Below, piece after piece: positions 49,238 to 58,446 of a stretch of 64,000 bases of DNA (positions are counted from its first letter, which is position 1; each line of letters opens with the position of its first letter). Location of the stretch: contig CAITMK010000012.1 in NCBI GenBank assembly GCA_903893485.1, positions 18,708 through 82,707 on the forward strand. The letters run 5' to 3'. Made by a program: the position numbers and the translations under genes. Below the pieces are notes generated by a model that saw only the letters and a list, made by a program, of their open reading frames with translations, was not told the DNA's origin and ran no database searches. The stretch comes from Candidatus Magasanikiibacteriota bacterium. GTDB lineage: Bacteria > Patescibacteriota > Patescibacteriia > Magasanikbacterales > 2-02-FULL-50-9b.

Positions 49238-49953
49238 GCACACTCACCCCACAGGTAATTGCAGAAACTCCGGACTACGTGGTGGTGTTAAAACCAGCAG
49301 GTCTTTTGGTTCACGAAGCAGATAGCGCGCCAGGCGAAAAAACATTGGTTGACTGGCTCATCAAAAAATATCCAGAAGTAAAAAAAGTTGGTGACGATCC
49401 AAAAACTCGCCCGGGCATTGTGCATCGCCTTGATCGCGAAGCGTCGGGTCTTTTGGTGGTGGCTCGAACACAAAAAATGTTCGAGATGTTAAAAATACAA
49501 TTTCAGGAACACACAATCGATAAACGATACATGGTTTTGGTGCACGGCAAAGTGATTAACTCACATGGCGACATCAAATTGCCAATCGGGCGTGCCGGCC
49601 GCGGTGGCCGCATGGCAGCGCACAACACCGGCGTTGAAGACGCGCGCGAAGCACACACGTTTTATGAAGTTAAAGCGCGCTACGGTGGCGTTACGCTCCT
49701 TGAGGTAACCATCACCACGGGTCGCACGCACCAAATCCGCGTGCACATGTTTGCGCTCCAGCATCCAGTTGTTGGCGACACCTTGTATCCGGTTAAAAAA
49801 GTTGGCAAAGCGTTTCCAATTTTGGATCGGTTGTTTTTGCACGCAACACATTTGGCATTCACGGATTTAGCAGGGCAGCGCGTTGAATTCGATGCCCCGC
49901 TTCCAACAGAACTCGATCGATACCTTACGTACTTTAAACCAGTGACCGTATGA
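49234..49953 (+). CDS. RluA family pseudouridine synthase
   Basis: KPAGLLVH, HRLDREASG, TGRTHQIRVH, VGDTLY, LFLHA. Confidence 0.96.
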   Translation: MSTLTPQVIAETPDYVVVLKPAGLLVHEADSAPGEKTLVDWLIKKYPEVKKVGDDPKTRPGIVHRLDREASGLLVVARTQKMFEMLKIQFQEHTIDKRYMVLVHGKVINSHGDIKLPIGRAGRGGRMAAHNTGVEDAREAHTFYEVKARYGGVTLLEVTITTGRTHQIRVHMFALQHPVVGDTLYPVKKVGKAFPILDRLFLHATHLAFTDLAGQRVEFDAPLPTELDRYLTYFKPVTV

Positions 49954-50528
49954 ACCAGAAGCCACCGATTTTTATTATCACGGGCCCTAGCGGCGTTGGA
50001 AAAACAACCATCGCTCATGCACTCCTGCGACGATTTAAGTGGCTCCAAAAAGTGACCACGCACACCACGCGCACGCCACGCCCCGGTGAGATCGATGGGC
50101 GCGATTATCATTTTGTTACGCCCGTGGAATTTGAAAAAAAGATAAAGGCCAATGAATTTTTGGAACATGCAACCGTGTATGGCGACAGCTATGGCACCGC
50201 ATGGAAAGACGTTGATGCAGTTGCAAACGCTGGCCACGCCGCACTTTTTGTGGTTGACGTGCAAGGCGCGAAAACCTTAAAACGAAAATTAAAAACCGCG
50301 TCACTAATTTTTTTGGCGCCAGATAGTTTGCAATCTTTGCGCACCCGCATCGGCCGCCGCCGCAGCAACGAAACGCCGGAGCAACTCGAGCGCCGCATGA
50401 AAACCGCAACCGACGAAATGGCATCACAGGGAAACGCGGACCACATTATTTTAAATCGACAAGGTGAGCGCCCACTGGCAATTCGGGCAGTGGCACATGT
50501 TTTGAAGAGTAAAATGCAGGGGCGCTAG
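49950..50528 (+). CDS. gmk: Guanylate kinase
   Basis: GPSGVGKTT, TTRTPRPGEIDGRDYHF, YGT, DVQGA. Confidence 0.97.
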   Translation: MNQKPPIFIITGPSGVGKTTIAHALLRRFKWLQKVTTHTTRTPRPGEIDGRDYHFVTPVEFEKKIKANEFLEHATVYGDSYGTAWKDVDAVANAGHAALFVVDVQGAKTLKRKLKTASLIFLAPDSLQSLRTRIGRRRSNETPEQLERRMKTATDEMASQGNADHIILNRQGERPLAIRAVAHVLKSKMQGR

Positions 50529-50583
50529 GTTCCCATCTATCGCTCTTGACGAAAAACCCCCACTTTGCTAAACTAGTCCCACT

Positions 50584-50943
50584 ATGGAACTTCACCCAGA
50601 AATCCGCCCGGGCGCTTTCATCCGCGTACACCAGGCGATCAAAGAAACAACGCCAAAAGGCGAAGTAAAAGAACGTATTCAGATTTTCGAAGGTTTGGTG
50701 CTTAAGCGCTCACACCGCAAGGAAATTGGTGCGACTATTATTGTGTACAAAAAATCAGGCACTGTTGGTGTGGAAAAAATCTTTCCACTCAACTCTCCAA
50801 CTATCAAAAAGTTTGAGTTTGTACGCCAGTACAAAGTAGCCCGTGCAGATATCTCATTTGCAAAGGACACTCACAAGAAATTGAAAGAATTGCGCGCTCC
50901 AGGAACCGCTAAGCCAAAAGCTAAGGTTGCAAAAGCAAAATAA
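50584..50943 (+). CDS. rplS: 50S ribosomal protein L19
   Basis: KERIQIFEG, GVEKIFPLNSP; TTGACG-17-TAAACT promoter ends 9 nt before the ATG. Confidence 0.96.
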   Translation: MELHPEIRPGAFIRVHQAIKETTPKGEVKERIQIFEGLVLKRSHRKEIGATIIVYKKSGTVGVEKIFPLNSPTIKKFEFVRQYKVARADISFAKDTHKKLKELRAPGTAKPKAKVAKAK

Positions 50944-50955
50944 TTTTTCTAGAAG

Positions 50956-50986
50956 AAAAAGCCCTGGTGAAAGCCGGGGCTTTTTT
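50956..50986 (+). terminator. Intrinsic terminator after rplS
   Basis: AAAAAGCCCTGG-TGAAAG-CCGGGGCTTTTTT. Confidence 0.85.
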
Positions 50987-51002
50987 GTATACTGATCAAC
51001 AT

Positions 51003-51752
51003 ATGATTTGGGATCCGATCACTCTAAAACAAGAAGATGAGCTGCGCGCTGCGACAAACAGCTGTCTAGCTGCAAATAAAAAAACGCCAACGATTGCATT
51101 GCGCGTTGCAGGAGTAGACATTGTCCTATTTGCGATATTTCTTTTTTGGGCTCACACAAGTACACTCACCTCTGATGTAATTTGGGATATAAGCATTTTT
51201 TTATTATTTATCCCCATCATGTGTTTGGCTGCTTGGGTGCAATCAAATGATAATGTGACTTTTATGACCGTGCGTCTTGCCCACGGTTGGGATGTCATCA
51301 CCAATCCAGATAAACAGCGATTCCGTGATTTAAATGCTAAATATAATTTTTTGATACCACGTGATACTCTAAAAAGAGGTGAGGGGGCTTACGTATGCCG
51401 TAATGAAATTTGGGGTAAGGCATCGCAAACAAGTTTCTTTTCGTGCCAAATTGATTATGCATGCGGTGGTAACAGAATCACAGCTGCTGAATCTCGACAA
51501 TTACTTTTTGTAAAATTACCTGCGCCACAAAAATCAATAAAAACAGATGGTGATTTTGACATTTCAATCCTGAGTTCTGCAGCTCAGGCGGCATGGAATG
51601 ATTTGACTGCACAATGTGGTAAGACCAAATTTATTATTGAAAATGACCTTGCGGCAATTAGCACGTTAACGGGATTCCTAAAGTTAGGGACACCGGAAAA
51701 AATTGAAGAAGTGTGTGTTAAAATTTTGGCATTAGCTGCTGCGCTTGTATAA
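51003..51752 (+). CDS. Hypothetical membrane protein (2 TM)
   Basis: Two hydrophobic helices near the N-terminus; TATACT 9 nt upstream. Confidence 0.65.
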   Translation: MIWDPITLKQEDELRAATNSCLAANKKTPTIALRVAGVDIVLFAIFLFWAHTSTLTSDVIWDISIFLLFIPIMCLAAWVQSNDNVTFMTVRLAHGWDVITNPDKQRFRDLNAKYNFLIPRDTLKRGEGAYVCRNEIWGKASQTSFFSCQIDYACGGNRITAAESRQLLFVKLPAPQKSIKTDGDFDISILSSAAQAAWNDLTAQCGKTKFIIENDLAAISTLTGFLKLGTPEKIEEVCVKILALAAALV

Positions 51753-51763
51753 AGATCTGATTC

Positions 51764-51793
51764 AAAAAAGCCTTGGTGAAAACCAAGGCTTTT
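51764..51793. terminator. Bidirectional terminator, variant of the rplS terminator
   Basis: AAAAAAGCCTTGG-TGAAAA-CCAAGGCTTTT between convergent genes. Confidence 0.85.
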
Positions 51794-51820
51794 GCTTTTG
51801 AAATGTTCTCTTATTGCGGA

Positions 51821-54193
51821 CTAAAATTTATACATTGAAATCTTAGCCACATTAATAAGTCCTTTCATAAAGTCTGACTTATACTGCTGAAGCGTTTTAA
51901 TTGCGCGCGCAATTTCAAGTGGATCATTTTTTTGAACAGGCGCTTCGGTCATAGTTACTTTGTCATCTTTCACTTTGGTAACAATTTGATTTCCCGCAAC
52001 GCCGATGTAAGTCGAAGACTTGAAATCAATTGCGTATTGCAATGGATCGCCGCCAGCAAGCGGAAGAATTACTAAAGAATCTGGTTGACTAATCTTAAAG
52101 ACTAAACGGGCACCATCAAATGAAAGCAGCTCTCGCTCAGAATGCTTTTGAAGAATTGGCGGTAATGGAATTTCAGTGGTTACGAAATTTTTTAGGTCAA
52201 CTTGTGCATAGGTATTGCCATCACTCATGACTGCGGTATCCCCATATAGTTTAATTGTTCTGATCTGTCCGTAAAAAGGGTACCCCAGTTCTTTGCCCGT
52301 ATTCATGTCGAGCACATGCAGCGCCGGTGCGTTTGTGGTGGTATCAAAAAGTGCCCACGCAATATAATGAGAACCGCCCACCACTGTTGTCAGCATTTGA
52401 TTTTCTCCTACATTATCCGATTGTAGCTGCTTAACGAGCTTACCGGTTTTTGTATTCCAAGCGCTATATGCCGTAATGCCACTTTTTGAATGAGTTTCTA
52501 ATATTAATGATTGATATTCGGCATGCACGGTAAAGCTTAAAAGATCTGCCATGTTGGCTGCGGTGATTTTTTGTACGACCGTATCTTTTTTTGTGGCAAA
52601 ATCGTACCAATGTACCTCGCCGGTTGTTATTTTTTTAGCGGTTACCACACGAAACCATGCGAGGCCGGTTGGACCAACACTCCAAGGTTTCGTGGAATTA
52701 AGTTGCGGCATCCCGATTGTTGGAATTGTAAAATTCTTACCGGTACTTATTTTATGTACAATGATTGATTGAGTGGAAGTTACTCCGCCAAAGGCATTCG
52801 CTATGAGCGCGCCACCTGCACTAGCGACTGTCCCCATTAGTTTATTAAAAACATCGGGATGGGTTTTCAAGTAATCATTTGCGGCCGCTTGAGTTTTAAT
52901 ACTTTTTGGAACCGTTGCACTAAGTTTTTGTAAGCCGCTGGTAAGCGTATTAAAAAACTTTGTAGTATCTTTTGCCGAGACCAGTGGTACGTTTGCAGCG
53001 ATCACATCATTGGCTACATCAAAATCCCCGTACTCTGCGATTGTCCCTTTGGGACCTGGTGGAACAGTCCACAATGAAACAGGTAAACTTGAAGCCCCGG
53101 GAATATCGCTGGTCTGCTGAAGTTTTTGTAGCGTCGCATCATCAATGCTGTTGTCACATTGAATCGTTTTGTATCGAAGGCCATTTGAGTCTGCCCAATA
53201 GATATATGGACCGGTTAGAACCGCATGACTTGCATTTTCAATGCCATCAGCCTTAGTAAAATTTGTAGGACAAGACATCTGCGTTGACTCGTTGAAGAAA
53301 TTATATACAGAACCTTGTTTCCATAGCAGGCCAGAATCACCTGAAAGAAAATATGAAGCTTTCGCGTCATTAATTACAACAGGAGCAATGGTTTTGGTAT
53401 CCATGGCGACTCGGTAATAACCATTATTCAAGTACAATGGATTTTCGACGTAGAATGATGACTTATCTGCCATGGATAAGAATTTTAAAACACCCTCTGT
53501 CTGTATGAATGCCGTATAATCAATTGTGGTCGCTGCGGTATCGACAAATCGGCGAAATACGATTGTGTGATTATTTATATCGCTCGCTGCGATATAATCA
53601 GGCCCGATAACAAAATTTGTATTGCCCGCTTGATCTACCACGTCAACATCAGGATCTTGTAGAAAATCAGCAACACTTTGCGTCTTATTTTGCGCAACAT
53701 CAAGGACTTCATACGTTTGGGTGTCCGTACTATAGACTGCAAACTTTCCATCTACGGATGCAGCAACCTCACCCAAAAGAGTATCTGATGATTTTGCGAT
53801 AAGTTGCGAGACTTTTTTACTTGTAAAATCGTATTGATATATGCCGGATGTTGCATCTTTGCTTCCCCAAATGACGGTGTTGTTTGTAATCGCTGCGTTT
53901 GAGAGCTCGTATAGCGGATCTGAAATTGGCGCAAAACTACCGGTGCCTACATCGGTCATCATGAGTTGGCCATCTGGATGAGTTGAAACAAATGGGGATT
54001 GGCCGCTAGGACTTGTGAACCAAACAACATGTGAACCAAATGCAGCCCAATCGTTTGCAGGGTCCTGTTGAAATCCACTTTGCGTTCCGTAGCCAGCAAC
54101 CGGAGTTGCAGTAGTTGCGGCAATTGCGGATGCCGTTGGCAATAATAATGAAATAACGGTGAAGAGCGAAACGAAAGAGCTTTTTTTAAACAT
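51821..54193 (-). CDS. Secreted hypothetical protein, probable beta-propeller(s)
   Basis: Signal peptide; C-terminal half shares blocks with 2105-3640. Confidence 0.75.
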   Translation of the reverse strand: MFKKSSFVSLFTVISLLLPTASAIAATTATPVAGYGTQSGFQQDPANDWAAFGSHVVWFTSPSGQSPFVSTHPDGQLMMTDVGTGSFAPISDPLYELSNAAITNNTVIWGSKDATSGIYQYDFTSKKVSQLIAKSSDTLLGEVAASVDGKFAVYSTDTQTYEVLDVAQNKTQSVADFLQDPDVDVVDQAGNTNFVIGPDYIAASDINNHTIVFRRFVDTAATTIDYTAFIQTEGVLKFLSMADKSSFYVENPLYLNNGYYRVAMDTKTIAPVVINDAKASYFLSGDSGLLWKQGSVYNFFNESTQMSCPTNFTKADGIENASHAVLTGPYIYWADSNGLRYKTIQCDNSIDDATLQKLQQTSDIPGASSLPVSLWTVPPGPKGTIAEYGDFDVANDVIAANVPLVSAKDTTKFFNTLTSGLQKLSATVPKSIKTQAAANDYLKTHPDVFNKLMGTVASAGGALIANAFGGVTSTQSIIVHKISTGKNFTIPTIGMPQLNSTKPWSVGPTGLAWFRVVTAKKITTGEVHWYDFATKKDTVVQKITAANMADLLSFTVHAEYQSLILETHSKSGITAYSAWNTKTGKLVKQLQSDNVGENQMLTTVVGGSHYIAWALFDTTTNAPALHVLDMNTGKELGYPFYGQIRTIKLYGDTAVMSDGNTYAQVDLKNFVTTEIPLPPILQKHSERELLSFDGARLVFKISQPDSLVILPLAGGDPLQYAIDFKSSTYIGVAGNQIVTKVKDDKVTMTEAPVQKNDPLEIARAIKTLQQYKSDFMKGLINVAKISMYKF

Positions 54194-54273
54194 AATACCG
54201 CCAGTATACTAGAGCTAAATAAAAATAAATAGCCATTGTTGGTTTATGATATTATTTGTATACTGATCGACAT

Positions 54274-55038
54274 ATGAAAAAACTCATCGCCTTATTGAGC
54301 ATTATTTCAGCATTTACATTTTGTTCAACCGCGCTTGCCTCTAATGGATATCCTGCACATACCTATACGTATGTGAATGATTTTGCCAAAGTGCTCACAC
54401 CAGATGACATTAATACATTGCAATCGCAGCTTTCAAAATTTGATACTGATAATGATGTTTCAATTATTGTGGCGACCGTGAATTCAATTCAAGATTATCC
54501 AACGGGCGACCAAACAATTGAATCATTTGGAATGAATTTGTTTAATAACTGGGGCGTCGGCAGCGCAAAAAAAAATAATGGCGTACTTATGTTGGTTGCG
54601 GTTAAAGATCGTAAAATTCGCATTCAACTTGGTTCGGGATACGGATCATCGTATGATGCTACGATGACGAAAATTATTGCGAGTGACATGTCGCCATCTT
54701 TTAAAGCGGGGCAGTTTGGTGCAGGCTTCAGACTCGGCGCTGCATCGGTTATGAATGTGGTGGGGGTTGCAAATCGTGTGCTAACACCAGAAGAGAAAAA
54801 AGCGGCAATGGTAAAAACTTATGTAGTCATGGGCGGTATCGCAATCTTATTGATTGTGCTTATTGCCGCGGCGATCTCCGCCTTTCGTTCGGGCAAAACA
54901 GGTTGGGGTTGGATATTTTTGGCAGCTATTGGCGCGATAATTTGGTTTTTATTTCGATTAATGCCAAACGGACGTGGTGGCGGTGGCGGATATGGCGGTG
55001 GCTCGTCATCGGGTGGTGGTGGATCAGGTAGTTTTTAA
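54274..55038 (+). CDS. TPM domain (YgcG/DUF477) protein
   Basis: YVNDFAKVL, FNNWGVG..KNNGVLMLVA..DRKIRIQLG.G, Gly-rich tail GGGSSSGGGGSGSF. Confidence 0.93.
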   Translation: MKKLIALLSIISAFTFCSTALASNGYPAHTYTYVNDFAKVLTPDDINTLQSQLSKFDTDNDVSIIVATVNSIQDYPTGDQTIESFGMNLFNNWGVGSAKKNNGVLMLVAVKDRKIRIQLGSGYGSSYDATMTKIIASDMSPSFKAGQFGAGFRLGAASVMNVVGVANRVLTPEEKKAAMVKTYVVMGGIAILLIVLIAAAISAFRSGKTGWGWIFLAAIGAIIWFLFRLMPNGRGGGGGYGGGSSSGGGGSGSF

Positions 55039-55076
55039 AAAAACAGCCGACCTTGCGTTTCCACAAAATCGGCGGG

Positions 55077-55700
55077 TTAGGGGTTTGGCACTTCCGGCCG
55101 GCCCAAAATAATGTCTGAGTGTGCCCAATCGATGCGCCAGCCGCGTAGATAAACAGCTCCGAGAATTCGTTGCAGAATTTCCTTTGCTCGTTGATCTTTT
55201 GGATGTCTGAGCGAAGTAATCCGAATCACGAAATGTTCGCGCCGCGATGGTTTGCTTAGGGTCTCTACGGTAATTTGGGCGCAACCGATCTTTGCCCACT
55301 GAGGTTGGAGTTCTGGGGCGGCGTAACGGACGCTCACCGGTATGCGGTTAGCCACAGCCTCGACATCGGCAAGACTTGGCATAGGGAAACGCGTCGTATC
55401 GGCCTGTGCAAAATGGTACACGTCGGTGTTTACTTTTTTGAGGATGGCAATTTCTACCGGGACTGATCCTGGAAGAAGGATGATTTCGTCAGAGAAGTCT
55501 TGTGACTCAACATCGCTTGGCAGGCCAACCTCGACACACTTTGCAAAGCCGGCCCTAATAAATGGAGCCTGCAGGTGCGGCGGAATTGCCGAGAGCAACT
55601 TTGAGTTGTCGCCTGGTGCGCATGGTTCGCGCGTTGCAAAAAATTGCTTTAAAGGCACCTCGCTTGAAGCGGGCACCACGAAATAGGTACGCCAGTTCAT
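55077..55700 (-). CDS. Hypothetical protein (SD-led)
   Basis: AGGAGGTGTCTC-ATG; TTGACT-17-TAACGT promoter inside the cca 3' end. Confidence 0.65.
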   Translation of the reverse strand: MNWRTYFVVPASSEVPLKQFFATREPCAPGDNSKLLSAIPPHLQAPFIRAGFAKCVEVGLPSDVESQDFSDEIILLPGSVPVEIAILKKVNTDVYHFAQADTTRFPMPSLADVEAVANRIPVSVRYAAPELQPQWAKIGCAQITVETLSKPSRREHFVIRITSLRHPKDQRAKEILQRILGAVYLRGWRIDWAHSDIILGRPEVPNP

Positions 55701-55725
55701 GAGACACCTCCTGAACGCAACGTTA

Positions 55726-57204
55726 CTACTGTTTTTTCAAAAAGTCAATCGCCTGGAGTTTAGTTGAAAGTTTGCCACTGAGCTGCGCTTCGCGAAGTAA
55801 TTCCAAAAGTTCACCAACGCGTGGGCCCGGTGCGATTTTAAGAGCCGACATAATTTCAGTGCCGTCTAAAAGTGGCTCAATTACTTTTTGCATGGGACCG
55901 CGGCCACGCAGTAATTTTTTGACGCGCGCCAAAACAGCATGCACATGTTTTTTCTTTGGAAAACCAGCAGATGGAATGGTTGCGGAGCCATCGCTAAAAA
56001 GCATGGTCAATAATTCGCGGCCCGCATTTAGGTCACGCACAAAATATTTTTCAATCGTAGTTTCTTTTAAATCTGCAACATCAGCTTGCACCGCGAGTAG
56101 GTGATGATCGATGAGCCACACGGCCAAATCAACATCAACATTACAACCTTCCACGGATGATAGTTTTAAGCGTTCCATGATTTGCCGACCAACGCGCCCG
56201 CCAACAACATCGTGGCCGGTGAATCGAATGCGATCGACACCGTCTTTTTTTGGTGTTTGAATGGTTAATGGTTTTGCGACGTCGTGCAAAAGTGTTGCAA
56301 TGTACTGTGTTGGCGTTGCTTTGAGCGGCGCTTTATAAATGCGCGGCAGCAATTTAATAAAGCGGCGATATGGCGTGCCATGCAAATTTGAAACTGCAAC
56401 AACGGTATGTTTCCACACGTCGCCTTCGCTATGATAATTTTTTGGCTGTGGGCATTTGTGCATTGTCAAAAGTTCTGGTGCTACTGTGGCGAATGCACCA
56501 AACTTATCCCAGAGTTCCATGAATCGCGCCGGATTTGCAATCAACGATTTCATAAATTCACGACCAACTAATTCGTATGGCACCAAGCGTTCACCGTTTT
56601 TGGTAACGTCATTTACGCGTGGCATTAATTTTTTCATGGCAGCGGCAGTTTTTGGTTCAATTGCAAAATTCAGCTGGCACGCAAAGCGCAACCCACGTAA
56701 AATGCGCGTGTAATCTTCTTGAAAACGTTCGGCCGGCTTGCCGACCGCGCGCAATTTTTTGGCGCGCAAATCAGCGCGGCCGCCAAAGGGGTCGATGAGT
56801 TTATCGGTTGCCAAATCAAGTGCAATTGCATTAATGGTAAAATCTCGACGTGCTAAATCTTTTTCGATTGGTAGGGTGTGTGCGGCATAAACTTCAACAT
56901 CGCGATAGGCGCCCGTGCCACCTGGAACTTCGGTGCGGGGAAGCGCGATATCGATTTGCGCGCCGCCTTTTTGCGGCGCAAATTTAATTACACCAAACGT
57001 TTTGCCAACCACATCAACGGATCCATAAGTTTCCAAAAAAGAAATCAAATCTTCGAGTGGTACGCCGCGCACCACTAAATCAACATCCTTACTTGGGCGA
57101 CGCAGCAAAATATCGCGCACCATGCCGCCAACCAAAAAAATCTGCGCATCAGGATATGCGCGCAGCAGCGGTTTTGCCCATGAAAATTTAAGTCCATGTT
57201 TCAT
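55726..57204 (-). CDS. cca: CCA tRNA nucleotidyltransferase with HD domain
   Basis: VGGMVRD, DVDL, DLARRDFTINA, RFQEDYTRILR, YHSEGDVWKH, LLHDVAK, PGPRVG. Confidence 0.93.
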   Translation of the reverse strand: MKHGLKFSWAKPLLRAYPDAQIFLVGGMVRDILLRRPSKDVDLVVRGVPLEDLISFLETYGSVDVVGKTFGVIKFAPQKGGAQIDIALPRTEVPGGTGAYRDVEVYAAHTLPIEKDLARRDFTINAIALDLATDKLIDPFGGRADLRAKKLRAVGKPAERFQEDYTRILRGLRFACQLNFAIEPKTAAAMKKLMPRVNDVTKNGERLVPYELVGREFMKSLIANPARFMELWDKFGAFATVAPELLTMHKCPQPKNYHSEGDVWKHTVVAVSNLHGTPYRRFIKLLPRIYKAPLKATPTQYIATLLHDVAKPLTIQTPKKDGVDRIRFTGHDVVGGRVGRQIMERLKLSSVEGCNVDVDLAVWLIDHHLLAVQADVADLKETTIEKYFVRDLNAGRELLTMLFSDGSATIPSAGFPKKKHVHAVLARVKKLLRGRGPMQKVIEPLLDGTEIMSALKIAPGPRVGELLELLREAQLSGKLSTKLQAIDFLKKQ

Positions 57205-57273
57205 GGCTCTATCGTAGCGCAAAAGTACTTGATTGTCCACCCCACGGACGTGGTATACTACGCGCAACTTTTT

Positions 57274-58179
57274 ATGCAGAATTTGTCTTTTAAAAAACAA
57301 GGACGCCAATATCATATTTTTTTGAATGATACCGAAATTGCGGTTGCACCAGAATTTGTATTTCCAGATTCAGAAGCAGCTGACCCCACAATTGAATTGC
57401 AATCAAATCAAGAAGGTTTTGTTGTGGGCAATGAGGCGATTTACCTAATTGAGCCAAAAGCAACGGTGACGTTTTTGTACAATGGCGTTCCCGCAGCGCA
57501 CATGCCGCTTTCGCAGTTTATGATGCCGGGAAATTATACGTTTTCAGATGCGGGGCATCATTCTGCCGCGATTGAAAAAGGTTTTGATAAATTATTGGAT
57601 CGAATGTATGCGCTCGCGGAGCGCGCCGGCGCAGATCCTTCGGTGGTTGAACTTTTTGATGCAGAGACGGGGCCGGTTGATTTACAAAACGCTGCCGAAG
57701 AGATCGGGCAGCGAATGTTGGTTGCTGAAAAAGATGAAGCGCTGAAAAATAAAATTACGCAGGCTTTTGCAAAATTAGGTAAAATTAAATTTTTGCCAAA
57801 ATCGTTAGGCATGGATCAAACGCAGGACAATCGTGAAATTATAAATCGCTATGCTGAGACGTTTAAAATATTTCGAGAAATAAAAGAAGATTCTGCTGCA
57901 GAAGCGGTAAAAGCATATCCACATAAAAATGAACTGTACGTTATTTTTGAACGCGCGCCAGAACTGCTGGAAACGCATGTGCGTGTAGCTGTCGCCGAAA
58001 ATTACAAAGAGTATCGACACCAAGAAGAATTGCTTACAGGAATTGATTTGGCAGCACTTAAAGAAATTAGAGCGGATCAAAAGGGAATGGCCACCGCAGA
58101 AAAAACGGAATTACTTAGGGGTGCAACGGAGCCTCAGAAGGTGAATGAAATTGAGGCGTCCCTTGGTTCAAGAAAGTGA
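57274..58179 (+). CDS. Hypothetical protein
   Basis: ~300-aa ORF with genome-like composition; TATACT upstream. Confidence 0.7.
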   Translation: MQNLSFKKQGRQYHIFLNDTEIAVAPEFVFPDSEAADPTIELQSNQEGFVVGNEAIYLIEPKATVTFLYNGVPAAHMPLSQFMMPGNYTFSDAGHHSAAIEKGFDKLLDRMYALAERAGADPSVVELFDAETGPVDLQNAAEEIGQRMLVAEKDEALKNKITQAFAKLGKIKFLPKSLGMDQTQDNREIINRYAETFKIFREIKEDSAAEAVKAYPHKNELYVIFERAPELLETHVRVAVAENYKEYRHQEELLTGIDLAALKEIRADQKGMATAEKTELLRGATEPQKVNEIEASLGSRK

Positions 58180-58336
58180 TCTTGAAGGTTTGAGGGGTAA
58201 CGTGGTAAAGTGCAGGCGTTCAAAAACGTATTCTCTTCGGGCCGTAGATACTTCGCGCACGTTGTGCGCTCGTCGCTACTGGCCCTCCAGTCGAAGACAA
58301 CTTCAAATGCACGCATTTGAATTGTCGTCTCCTTAC

Positions 58337-58410
58337 GGGCCAGTAGCTCAGTTGGTGAGAGCACGGTGCTTATAACGCCGGGGTCCTGGGTTCGAGTCCC
58401 AGCTGGCCTA
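58337..58410 (+). tRNA. tRNA-Ile(UAU)
   Basis: GGGCCAG/CTGGCCT acceptor, AGCTCAGTTGG D arm, anticodon arm CGGTG-CT-TAT-AA-CGCCG, GGTTCGAGTCC T arm. Confidence 0.92.
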
Positions 58411-58446
58411 TATAAAAATACCACCCATTTGGGTGGTATTTTTATA
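58411..58446. terminator. Bidirectional terminator
   Basis: TATAAAAATACCACCC-ATTT-GGGTGGTATTTTTATA. Confidence 0.85.
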
